Source: Candidatus Bipolaricaulia bacterium
GTDB lineage: Bacteria; Bipolaricaulota; Bipolaricaulia; RBG-16-55-9
Reading direction: 5' to 3'
Length of the DNA: 25,810 bases
NCBI GenBank assembly: GCA_042219045.1
Contig: JBDGQO010000094.1
Span: 1 to 25,810 of the forward strand
The notes beneath the pieces are model-generated. The model searched no databases, was not told the DNA's origin, and worked only from the letters and a program-made list of their open reading frames with translations. Below are positions 1-8,409 of the stretch, piece after piece. How positions within the stretch are numbered: the stretch's first letter is position 1; each line of letters opens with the position of its first letter. Both the position numbers and the translations under genes were made by a program.

Positions 1-82
1 GCACCCTCCGGTCCGACTGGTCCACGCTCGGCACGTTGGGATGGGCCCGGTATTCGGGATTGTCTTGGTCGATTTGCGTCAC
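1..82 (-). CDS. 5' fragment of a probable aminomethyltransferase-family (GcvT/DmdA-like) THF-dependent demethylase; runs off the window
   Basis: Not in the ORF track. GTG at 82-80 overlaps the metF stop (GTGA) and is preceded by AAAGGAG. It reads MTQIDQDNPEYRAHPNVPSVDQSDRRV open to the edge. I recall the HPNxPxxDQSDRxVP N-terminus from a GcvT-like aminomethyltransferase subfamily; only 27 codons are visible. Confidence 0.6.
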   Translation of the reverse strand, partial: MTQIDQDNPEYRAHPNVPSVDQSDRRV

Positions 83-840
83 GAGGCACTCCTTTCCGTG
101 GTCAACGTCGACAGCCAGGGGATGCTCTCGACCCACTCGGCTGTCGTATCAATCGCGTTGAACGTGTAGACGTGGAACCCGTCCACGTGATCGTAGACCG
201 CCTCCATGAGCGGCTGCGGGTCGTAGCGCTGGATCATCTTTGCCACGTCGCGCTTGCTCATCTTTCTGATAAAGTTGAGCGACGTGTTGACCCCGGAGCG
301 CATGGCGAACTGGGTCAGTTTGGTGACGCTGATCGGGGCGGCGATGCCGGCGTGTATCGGCAGCGTGATGCCTTGGGCGCGGATGCGGTCGACCCACTCC
401 ACGATGGCCTCTGGCTTGAAGGCCATCTGGGTGGCAATGAACGTCGCGCCGAGCTCTTGTTTCTCCTGGAGAATCGTGTCGCCGAACTCGTCGTTGGGGT
501 ACGACGGATGGCCTTCGGGATAGCCGGCAACGCCGATCTCCTCGCAGTGCTGGAAGTAGGGAATGAGTTCGGCGGCTCGCTCGAACTCCCCGAGCGGTTC
601 AAGATCGCCGCCGATGAGGAAGACGTTCGGGTGCACGATGTCTGCGAGTTGCCGAGCGTGGTCTTCGCTTTCGACGAGCGCGGCCGAGATGTGGGGCGTA
701 TGGGTACCTTCCAGTTGGCGGTAGGTCTCGATGGTCGGCGTGAGCGATTCTTGTGTCGCCGTGACGGTCAGGGTCCAGTGGTCCGGGATCCGGTCGAGTT
801 TCAACTTGTTGCTCGGAAAAATTTCGAACGTCGCTTCCAT
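79..840 (-). CDS. metF: Methylenetetrahydrofolate reductase
   Basis: MTHFR motifs FEIFP, TVT, PHISA, FLIGGD, GVAGYPEGHP, ATQMAF, GFHVYTFN. Start moved to ATG 840 behind GGAGGG. Confidence 0.9.
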   Translation of the reverse strand: MEATFEIFPSNKLKLDRIPDHWTLTVTATQESLTPTIETYRQLEGTHTPHISAALVESEDHARQLADIVHPNVFLIGGDLEPLGEFERAAELIPYFQHCEEIGVAGYPEGHPSYPNDEFGDTILQEKQELGATFIATQMAFKPEAIVEWVDRIRAQGITLPIHAGIAAPISVTKLTQFAMRSGVNTSLNFIRKMSKRDVAKMIQRYDPQPLMEAVYDHVDGFHVYTFNAIDTTAEWVESIPWLSTLTTERSAS

Positions 841-990
841 GATGGCACCCTCCATGAAGATCTCCGCCAATGGTTGCCGATAACCGGAGAGAGCGTCAAG
901 TCTCTTTCACACTACCTCGATCCAGGATCAGCTCGTCGGCGCATCGTCCATCTCGCACACAAATCGTGAAGGACACAACGATAAGCTGCC

Positions 991-1004
991 GTAAGATGGC
1001 TTAC
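991..1004. promoter_or_regulatory. Palindromic candidate operator GTAAG-ATGG-CTTAC (copy 1), overlapping a possible -10 TAAGAT
   Basis: Perfect 5-N4-5 inverted repeat; the same motif recurs at 1069-1082. Confidence 0.5.
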
Positions 1005-1067
1005 ACAGCCAGACCGGTCGCTATCAAGCGCTGGCGTTGAGCGAGCCGAGGGCTCGTGGCACTCGAT

Positions 1068-1083
1068 CGTAAGCCCCCTTACG
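1068..1083. promoter_or_regulatory. Palindromic candidate operator CGTAAG-CCCC-CTTACG (copy 2)
   Basis: Perfect 6-N4-6 inverted repeat in the metF/purU divergent intergenic region. Confidence 0.5.
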
Positions 1084-1153
1084 GAACGGCCCCCCCGACG
1101 TCTGGGACACTGACGAACTGGACGCCTGAACAGCGCCGGAAAGGAGCGATGCC

Positions 1154-2017
1154 ATGGATGAGGCGTATGCCCGCTGCATACTGACGCTGTCGTGCCCGGA
1201 GCGGCTCGGCATTCTCGCAGCGATCGGTCAGTTCTTCGCCGACCATAATGCTTATGTGTGCGACGTTGCCCACTTCGGCGATCAAGACAACTGTCGGTTC
1301 TTCTTCCGGGCCGAGGTTGAGATTCGCGACGGGCGCTACGATCGGGACACGCTCGCGAGCGCCTTCGAAACCTTGGCCCGCGACTACGAGATGGATTGGG
1401 CGTTGCACGACGCGGCGTATCGGCCGCGGCTTCTGATCCTCGTGTCGCAGTACGGCCACTGCCTCAACGACCTGCTTTATCGATATCGCACAGGGCTCTT
1501 GCCCGCCGACGTCGTGGCCGTGGCCTCCAACCACGACACCTTCCAACGGCAAGTGGAGTGGCACGACCTGCCGTTCCACTATCTGCCGGTCACCCCCGAG
1601 ACCAAGCCACAGCAAGAGGCCCAGATCCAGGACCTCGTCGAGCGCGTCGACGCCGACTTCATCATTCTTGCGCGCTACATGCAGATCCTGACCGACGACT
1701 TCACCGCCCGATACCCGGGCCGGATCATCAACATCCACCACGCGTTGCTGCCGAGCTTCAAGGGGGCCAATCCCTATCGTCGGGCCTGGGAGCGGGGCGT
1801 CAAGATGATCGGCGCGACGGCTCACTTTGCGACCGCCGAGCTCGACGAGGGCCCGATCATCGAACAGGACGTGGAACGCGTCGACCATCAGCACTCGCCC
1901 AGCGACTTGGCCAGCGTCAGCCAACACGTTGAGAGGACGGTCCTGACGCGAGCTGTGAGCTATGTGGCCCAGCATCGCGTGCTCTGCAACGAGCAGCGGA
2001 CGGTCGTGTTTGGATAA
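1154..2017 (+). CDS. purU: Formyltetrahydrofolate deformylase
   Basis: N-terminal ACT domain (LTLSCPERLGILAAI), HCLNDLLYR, LARYMQIL, INIHH, GVKMIGATAHF, LDEGPIIEQ; SD AAGGAG. Confidence 0.97.
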   Translation: MDEAYARCILTLSCPERLGILAAIGQFFADHNAYVCDVAHFGDQDNCRFFFRAEVEIRDGRYDRDTLASAFETLARDYEMDWALHDAAYRPRLLILVSQYGHCLNDLLYRYRTGLLPADVVAVASNHDTFQRQVEWHDLPFHYLPVTPETKPQQEAQIQDLVERVDADFIILARYMQILTDDFTARYPGRIINIHHALLPSFKGANPYRRAWERGVKMIGATAHFATAELDEGPIIEQDVERVDHQHSPSDLASVSQHVERTVLTRAVSYVAQHRVLCNEQRTVVFG

Positions 2018-2107
2018 ACTGGGCACCCGGCGTCGATACATCTCCCGTGATCGGAGAGCCCCTTGGGCAGCCGACGGCCAAGCGTGATGCGGGAAACTGG
2101 CGGGCCC

Positions 2108-2136
2108 TTGGCTTCAATGGAACACCCGAGTAAGCT
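2108..2136 (+). promoter_or_regulatory. Sigma70-type promoter, probably leaderless
   Basis: TTGGCT-17 nt-TAAGCT, then 6 nt to ATG 2143; no SD. Confidence 0.55.
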
Positions 2137-2142
2137 GCCGAT

Positions 2143-3411
2143 ATGGGGCTCGACACGCTGACGCTCATCGCGGCGGGCATCCTGGCCTATGGGCTCGTCT
2201 CGGCCCGGATCGGTCAGACCTGGCTGACGGCGCCGATGGCGTTCGTCGCCGTCGGCGTCGGAACCCATTTGCTCGGCCTGGTGGCGTGGGACACGTCGCC
2301 GCATGCCGTCAACCTGCTCGCCGAGATTACGCTCGTGTTGGTGCTATTCACCGACGCGACGCGCATCGACCTGCGCCTGTTGCAACGCGAGCACAACGTG
2401 CCGCTCCGGCTTCTGTTGATTGGCATTCCGCTCATGGTGCTGTTCGGGACGGGAACGGCGGCGCTGTTGTTTCCCGAGTTATCGCCCTGGCAAGCGGCGG
2501 TGCTTGCCGCCGTTCTGACGCCCACGGATGCCGCCTTGGCCCAGCCCGTGGTAAACCTCAACGCCATCCCCGCCCGAATCCGCCAGACGATCAACGTGGA
2601 GAGTGGGCTCAATGACGGCCTGATGTTGCCCATCGTCCTCATCCTGACGACGCTCGCCGGCGCGGACAGCGCGAACGGCTCGCTTGCCTCGTGGATCGGC
2701 CTCCTTGTGGGGCAGGTGACCCTCGGACCGCTCGTTGGCATCGCGATCGGCTATGGCGGCGGCAAGTTGGTCCAACGGAGCACACAGGCAGGATGGATGA
2801 ATCACGCCTTTCAGGATCTGTCCGCTGTGGCGCTATCCGTGTTGGCGTTCGCGGTGGCGACGCAAGTCGGCGGTAACGGTTTCATAGCGGCATTTGTGGC
2901 CGGGTTGACCCTCGGCAACTTCGCCCGCGACGTCTGCACGCGCATCTTCGAGTTCGGCGAGGCGGAGGGCCAACTCCTGACCTTGATCGTCTTCCTCGTC
3001 TTCGGTGCCGTGCTGCTGCCGGAATCAGCGGGACAAATCAATGCGACGATGATCATCTATGCGGTGCTCAGCCTGGTTTTGCTTCGGCCCCTCGCGTCCG
3101 CACTCAGCCTGCTCGGCCACGGATTACGTTGGCCCACGGTGCTTTTTCTCGGGTGGTTCGGACCGCGCGGGGTGGCTTCGCTCCTGTTTGCGATCCTGGT
3201 CGTTCAAGAATCCGCGATGCCGGGGCAAAGCTTCATCATGGCTGCGGTGGCCGTTGCCGTGCTCATGAGCGTCGTGTTGCATGGGATCAGCGCGCATCCG
3301 TTGTCCCGGCGCTACGGGAGCTGGCTCCAACGCGCCGAGGCGTCGGCCCCCCAAGCGGAGACGCGTTCTGTCGAGGAAATGCCCACACGAACCTCGTCGT
3401 TCAGCGATTGA
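2143..3411 (+). CDS. Cation:proton antiporter, CPA1/NhaP family
   Basis: About 12 TM segments; motifs LTPTDAAL, NVESGLNDG, GWFGPRGVAS. Confidence 0.93.
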   Translation: MGLDTLTLIAAGILAYGLVSARIGQTWLTAPMAFVAVGVGTHLLGLVAWDTSPHAVNLLAEITLVLVLFTDATRIDLRLLQREHNVPLRLLLIGIPLMVLFGTGTAALLFPELSPWQAAVLAAVLTPTDAALAQPVVNLNAIPARIRQTINVESGLNDGLMLPIVLILTTLAGADSANGSLASWIGLLVGQVTLGPLVGIAIGYGGGKLVQRSTQAGWMNHAFQDLSAVALSVLAFAVATQVGGNGFIAAFVAGLTLGNFARDVCTRIFEFGEAEGQLLTLIVFLVFGAVLLPESAGQINATMIIYAVLSLVLLRPLASALSLLGHGLRWPTVLFLGWFGPRGVASLLFAILVVQESAMPGQSFIMAAVAVAVLMSVVLHGISAHPLSRRYGSWLQRAEASAPQAETRSVEEMPTRTSSFSD

Positions 3412-3483
3412 GCGGAAGTCCAGCTCGGCTGATGAGAGCTCCGCGCGTAAATGGTCTCTCGAGCGGACAGCGAGGTTTTCAGG

Positions 3484-3512
3484 TTGCCCTCGATCCATGC
3501 GCGTGCTAGGTT
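3484..3512 (+). promoter_or_regulatory. Sigma70-type promoter of the OMP gene
   Basis: TTGCCC-17 nt-TAGGTT with extended -10 TG; SD AGGAG before ATG 3545. Confidence 0.5.
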
Positions 3513-3544
3513 AAACTACCGTTTCCGATTTCAAGGAGCCGTTC

Positions 3545-4549
3545 ATGCGACGATCCGTGCGCGTCGGTTTGGTAATGACGGCGTTGGCATTGGCCTTAGG
3601 CGTTGCCAACATCCCCGTTCTCGGCGTGACCGTCTTCACAACTGAGGATCAGACGTATCAGGGGAAGATCGAAGCCGGCCTTCCGCAGACGCTCGCGCTT
3701 CGTGACGGGGACTCGGTGGTGCGGATTCAGCGGGCGCAGATAACGCGGCTGTCGTTTGACGACGCCGGTGTCACTGTGGCAACGGTCGGTGAGGAGACGT
3801 ATCAGGGTACGCTCAACACCGAGCTGCCCGAGGCACTCACCTTGGCGACCGGCTCGGCCACGGTCGAGATCCCCTATAGTGACATTGCCGCGATCGCGTT
3901 CGAGCGCCCAGCCTCGCTGCTTGCCCAGTTCGCGCTACCGCTCAACGTGGGCCTCGGCTTGACGAAGCGATCCATTCCGCTCGTGGCCTTTCAGGACGGC
4001 ACACGGCCCATTCCGGCCGGCGCCGGGGTCTGGACGCCTGCCGCCGTCTGGGAAATTCCCCTCGAACAAGAACAGACGACGCTGTCCTCCGGCCCGTACG
4101 AGGTCCCTGTGAAGCAGACGCGCTCGGCCGTCCGCGTGACCGTTGGGCTCAACTTGGGAGACCTCCGCATCGACGCAAGCCGGGCAAACCTGAGCGCCTG
4201 GCAGATTGCCATTGACTATCTCTATTACTTCGGTCACGAGGCGGCGCTCGGCCAACCGATCGCCATCGGCATCTTCGTCGGCGAGGAGCGCACCTTCGCC
4301 CTGGTGCAGTTGAATCCCTACGTCTCGGCCGGCTTGGGCCTGGCCACGGGCTCAGTGGGCCCACCGATCGGAAATTCGTTCGCCACCGTGGAAGCCCACC
4401 TCGGCAGCGGCGTGCGGATGAACGTCAACGTGACCAACGTCGCCGTTCACGCTGGGGTCAAGGCCCGCTTCCTCCCGATCTCCTTGATGAGCGGCAATGG
4501 GCTCCACGGCCGCCTCAACTTCGAGGCTGGCCTCATCTTCCGCTTCTAA
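3545..4549 (+). CDS. Exported protein: signal peptide, two tandem ~44-aa beta domains, C-terminal probable 8-stranded outer-membrane beta-barrel
   Basis: Signal-like N-terminus; internal repeat at aa 28-71 and 76-119; YLYYF...LNPYVSAGLG as in OmpW/OmpA-like barrels; C-terminal beta-signal NFEAGLIFRF. Confidence 0.75.
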   Translation: MRRSVRVGLVMTALALALGVANIPVLGVTVFTTEDQTYQGKIEAGLPQTLALRDGDSVVRIQRAQITRLSFDDAGVTVATVGEETYQGTLNTELPEALTLATGSATVEIPYSDIAAIAFERPASLLAQFALPLNVGLGLTKRSIPLVAFQDGTRPIPAGAGVWTPAAVWEIPLEQEQTTLSSGPYEVPVKQTRSAVRVTVGLNLGDLRIDASRANLSAWQIAIDYLYYFGHEAALGQPIAIGIFVGEERTFALVQLNPYVSAGLGLATGSVGPPIGNSFATVEAHLGSGVRMNVNVTNVAVHAGVKARFLPISLMSGNGLHGRLNFEAGLIFRF

Positions 4550-4589
4550 CGGAAATAGCTGGACGATGGCCGCAACGACGACCGTGCTG

Positions 4590-5010
4590 CGCGATCCTGT
4601 CTCCGAATTGGGACAGCATAGTGCTGTTCAGTCCGAATCCCTTCGTCTTGTGTTTCCAGAGGCCCTGTGTCCCGGGATTTGCTGCGTTGTCTGAAGGGTC
4701 GGTCCGGACGAGAACTCGATGCTGACGCGCTACGGATACCGACCACCGCACAAGTCAAATCAACCTATGGTCGCAACGTTGGCCCCACTGACAGCAACTG
4801 CCTTGACCGGACTTTCGCGGTGATCAGTAACGGCACGCTGCAAGGGGCAAACAGCTCCGAGAGGATCGGCTGCCCGAGGTCCGTGTCCGCCGTCGGGGCT
4901 GGCCCATTGCTACATATACACGCTTAAAGCCCTCAGCGGCACGCCGGGCGACAAGGACAGCTTGGAAAGCCGGCGTTGCTGGATGCTTTTGATGGGCAGG
5001 TCGAGGTACT
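4590..5010 (-). pseudogene. Possible highly decayed IS4-family transposase relic
   Basis: Gene-free stretch with short minus-strand peptides LPIKSIQQRRLSKLSLSP (~4999-4946) and KTKGFGLNSTML (~4649-4614), which resemble IS4 N-terminal and post-catalytic LKxxGFxLExT segments. Recognised by eye only. Confidence 0.25.
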
Positions 5011-5043
5011 AGGCGGCGCGACGCTGACCGGCCAGTACGAGCT

Positions 5044-5649
5044 TTAGCCAACCAGTCGAGATGTCTCGCCCCAGCGTTTGTCGAATACGAGCTCGCTCAA
5101 CGCCATGCGCGTCCGGGGCTTGCGCTCGCGCTCGGCGAGCTTGGCCGGCAGGTCCTCGGGTTTGCCCGGATAGCCTAGCGCGATGCCCGCCACGGGCTCG
5201 AAGCCTTCGGGGATGGCATAGACCTCACGCGTCTTGGACGGGTCAAAGCCGGCCATTTGGTGGACGTACAGGCCGTGATCAAGCGCCTGGAGAACCAGTT
5301 GAGACGTGGCGAGGCCCACGTCGTGGAACGCGTGTCGGTTCGTCTTGGCCGGGTCGTCCCCAAAATACGTCTTGGCCATCGAGATCATCATCACCGGTGC
5401 CGCCTGCGCCCAGGCCTGGTTGACCTCCATGAGACAGCCGAGCATGCGCTCGAACTCGTCGCTATTTTCTTGACTGGCCATGAGGAAGCGCCAAGGCTGT
5501 TCGTTGAACGACGACGGGGCCCACCGGGCGGCCTCCAGGACGCTGAGCAGCGTCTCGTCTTCGACGGGGCGGTTGGAAAAAGCGCGTGGACTCCAGCGCC
5601 GGCGGAAGAGGTCGTGAATCGGATACTGCGTGTCAGCGGGTTTGTCCAT
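5044..5649 (-). CDS. Nitroreductase family protein
   Basis: RRWSPRAF, ARWAPSSFNEQPWRF, HQMAGFD, IALGY. Start ATG 5649 after GGAGG. Confidence 0.95.
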   Translation of the reverse strand: MDKPADTQYPIHDLFRRRWSPRAFSNRPVEDETLLSVLEAARWAPSSFNEQPWRFLMASQENSDEFERMLGCLMEVNQAWAQAAPVMMISMAKTYFGDDPAKTNRHAFHDVGLATSQLVLQALDHGLYVHQMAGFDPSKTREVYAIPEGFEPVAGIALGYPGKPEDLPAKLAERERKPRTRMALSELVFDKRWGETSRLVG

Positions 5650-5796
5650 GGGGAACCTCCTGGTCATCATTGGGCGTTGACGGACAGCATGGGGAGCCGA
5701 CGGCAAGCGGTGGACGCGGTGCGGACCCCGTGGCTGCCGTGAGTCCACCGTTCAGCCATGCTAGAATTCTAGGCCATCAGCGGAGTCCTCTCCACC

Positions 5797-6717
5797 ATGA
5801 GCCATCGCGACCCCATTCCGTTCGAGCCGCTCAGCCGTCGAGCCAGCATCGGGGCCGACCTCTTGCTGCTCGGCGTGGCTGTCATTTGGGGCTGGACGTT
5901 CGTGCTCGTCAAGGAAGGGGTCAGCGAGGTCGGCCCGCTGACGTTTCTGTTCTACCGCTTTGGGATCGCGTTCGTCGCGCTGGCGCTGCTGTTCCGGCGA
6001 CACTTGCGGGGCGTCGCGCGCTCGGTCTGGCTCCGCGGGATCGGGATTGGCCTGGCGTTGTTCGGCGGCTACTGGTTCCAGACCTGGGGTCTCGTCTACA
6101 CGGCCGCCACCAAAAGCGCGTTCATCACCGGGCTGAGCGTCGTGATCGTTCCGTTGATGGGCACGCTGATGCTGCGGGAGCGGATCAGCGGGGCCGCCTG
6201 GCTCGGCGCGGGGCTCTCCGCCGTCGGCCTTGCGCTTCTTGTCTTCGGCACCCAGCTCGGCTTCGCGACCGTTAACGTCGGCGATGCCCTGACGTTGGTC
6301 TGTGCGATCTCGTTCGCCACGCAGATTCTGCTCGTCGGCCGCTACACGCGGCCCAGCAACCATCTCCCCATCCTCGTCGCCCAGATCGGGGTCGTGGCCG
6401 CGCTGAGCGGCGTCGGCTGGGCGACGGTCGAGGGCGCGGCCTGGACGACGTCCTGGACGGCTTGGAAGGGCATCTTGATCACGGCCGTGTTGGCGACGGC
6501 GGTCGCGTACTGGCTGCAGAATCGCTTCCAACCCTACTCGACGGCGGCGCGGGCCGCGATCATCTACACGGGCGAACCCGTTTTCGCCGGCGTCTTCGGC
6601 GTTCTGCTGTTGGGCGAGCGTTTGACGGGGGGCCAGTGGCTCGGCGCGGCATTGATCTTGGGGGCGATGGTCCTGGCCCAATGGCCGACGATCCGTCGCA
6701 TATCGCGCCACACTTGA
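5797..6717 (+). CDS. DMT/EamA family transporter
   Basis: Ten TM segments in two EamA repeats; IWGWTF, SAFITGLSVVIVP, GDALTL, EPVFA. Confidence 0.94.
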   Translation: MSHRDPIPFEPLSRRASIGADLLLLGVAVIWGWTFVLVKEGVSEVGPLTFLFYRFGIAFVALALLFRRHLRGVARSVWLRGIGIGLALFGGYWFQTWGLVYTAATKSAFITGLSVVIVPLMGTLMLRERISGAAWLGAGLSAVGLALLVFGTQLGFATVNVGDALTLVCAISFATQILLVGRYTRPSNHLPILVAQIGVVAALSGVGWATVEGAAWTTSWTAWKGILITAVLATAVAYWLQNRFQPYSTAARAAIIYTGEPVFAGVFGVLLLGERLTGGQWLGAALILGAMVLAQWPTIRRISRHT

Positions 6718-6729
6718 TTCTGGATCTCG

Positions 6730-7674
6730 TCAACGGAGGCCCATGACGAACAGCGCGGCAAGCGCGGCGCCGATCAACGGCCCACCGAACCAAGACAGCG
6801 CCAGCTTGGTTACTAAGCGCTGGTTGATCGTCTGGGCGCCCTTGACGGCCCCGACGCCGATCACGCCGCCGACGATCGTCTGCGACGCCGAGATCGGCAC
6901 GCCAATTATGGAGTAAAGATGCAACATCAGCGCTTCGGCGATGAGGACCATCAGCCCAGCGAATGACGTCAGCTGCGTAATGCGGCGGCCAACCGTGTCA
7001 ATGACGCGGTGGCTGCCCGTGAACATCCCGATGGCGATGCCGACGCCGCCGAGCAGCGCCCCAAGCTCGGGGCCGACGACGCCGGCGTCCACGTAGGCGC
7101 CGGCGACGTTGGCCGCGTTGTTGGCGCCGAGCGCGTACGCGCCGTAGGCCCCGAAGACGATGAATCCGCCCGCGATCAGTTGGTCGTAACTGCGCAGGTC
7201 GAGCAGGCGCGGTTGCAGATACCGCCGGGCAAGGCGGTAGAGCGCGTAAGCGAGCAGGGCGGCCCCCGGCGGGACGAGCGTCCACGCGATCAACAACCGC
7301 ACCAGCGTCCCACTGTCGACGCCACCGAGGCCATGGCGCACGAGCGAGACGCCGATCAATGCCCCGGCCACGGTCTGGGTCACCGAGATGGGAAAGCCCC
7401 GCCAGAGGAAGATGCTTACGGCCAGTGCAGAGGCCAAGCTGAGCGCCGCCGCCGTCCACGGCGTCACGATCGCCAGGGACTCGTAGGTCGCCACGCCCCC
7501 GCCCCCTTGGAGCCCAGCTCCAAGAACGACGAACAGCGCAGCGACCAACGCGATCGTGCGGAACCGCACGCGCCCGGTCGCGACAGCCGGGCCGAAGACG
7601 TTGGCGGCGTCGTTGCCGCCGAGCGTCCAGCCGAGCAAGAGCCCCGGCAAAAGCAGCAAGACCGCCGACAGCAA
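6730..7674 (-). CDS. PiT-family inorganic phosphate/anion permease
   Basis: Duplicated PiT signatures GGNDAAN / GANNAAN and PISVTQ / PISASQ; TTG start directly after the DUF47 stop. Confidence 0.92.
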   Translation of the reverse strand: MLSAVLLLLPGLLLGWTLGGNDAANVFGPAVATGRVRFRTIALVAALFVVLGAGLQGGGGVATYESLAIVTPWTAAALSLASALAVSIFLWRGFPISVTQTVAGALIGVSLVRHGLGGVDSGTLVRLLIAWTLVPPGAALLAYALYRLARRYLQPRLLDLRSYDQLIAGGFIVFGAYGAYALGANNAANVAGAYVDAGVVGPELGALLGGVGIAIGMFTGSHRVIDTVGRRITQLTSFAGLMVLIAEALMLHLYSIIGVPISASQTIVGGVIGVGAVKGAQTINQRLVTKLALSWFGGPLIGAALAALFVMGLR

Positions 7675-8310
7675 TTAGAGGCGCCTCCGAGCCACGGCCA
7701 ATTCCAGCAGATCGGAGACGTCCTCGCCCTGATCGGAGATGTCGGTCAGGATCATGAAGAGCTCACGGATCTGGGTCTTGTGCGCCAGCTCCACCTCCAG
7801 CCCGAACGCGCGGCGCACGGCTTCCCGCTCCAGGCCGTCGATCTCGTGCTCTAGCTCCTCGACGCGGCGGGTGTGGTCAGGCACCTTGGTCAAATTTTCG
7901 AACAGCAGCTTCAACGCATCTCGGAGCTCGTCGATGAGCTGATCGGTCAACCCGCTGATCTCGTCGACGTAGGGCTGGAGGTCCGCGGGGATCTCGACCC
8001 GCTGCAAGAGCACGAAGTCGAGAAGCGCCTCTCCACGATCAGCGAGCTTGTCGACCTGCTCAATGAAATCCCAGAGGTCCTGGAGCGACTCGGGCAGCAG
8101 CGCCCCCTTGAGCAGCAACGACTCGACGTGCCGACGGACGTCGTCCGCTTCACCTTCGAGTCGGCCCGCCTTTTGGGCCAAGCGGTCGGCCCCCGCATCG
8201 TCGCCGTCCAGGTGTTGGCGGATCGCTTCGCTGGAGGCTTCCAGGGTCTGTTCCACCAGGGAGAAGTGTTGGAAGATGAGCTCTTCGACGTCCTTGGATC
8301 GCCACCACAC
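7675..8310 (-). CDS. DUF47 (PhoU-like) phosphate transport regulator
   Basis: LEGEADDVRR and LEHEIDGLER repeats, DKLAD and DISDQGEDVSD; canonical position upstream of pit. Confidence 0.92.
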   Translation of the reverse strand: MWWRSKDVEELIFQHFSLVEQTLEASSEAIRQHLDGDDAGADRLAQKAGRLEGEADDVRRHVESLLLKGALLPESLQDLWDFIEQVDKLADRGEALLDFVLLQRVEIPADLQPYVDEISGLTDQLIDELRDALKLLFENLTKVPDHTRRVEELEHEIDGLEREAVRRAFGLEVELAHKTQIRELFMILTDISDQGEDVSDLLELAVARRRL

Positions 8311-8409
8311 GTTGGATCACCCGGTATCAGGGTAGCCGGTCCACAGGCCGTTCGGCCAGCGATGGGGCACCCGATGAGCGGCTCCCATCGGGCCCCCGCT
8401 CCCGCGGAG

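Noticed and set aside
841..935. SAM-I-like words GGCAACC...GGTGCC upstream of metF (minus strand)
   Set aside because: GGTGCC abuts the SD and start codon, leaving no room for P4 or the 3' side of P1, and the AUC-AGAG and kink-turn P2 elements are not convincingly present.
1110..1145. Hammerhead-like core words CTGACGA...GAAA (also CTGATGA near 3429)
   Set aside because: The required flanking stems do not form around the core.
4805..4822. GAAAGTCCGG on the minus strand, reminiscent of RNase P RNA
   Set aside because: Lacks the full GAGGAAAGUCC context and the other conserved RNase P regions.
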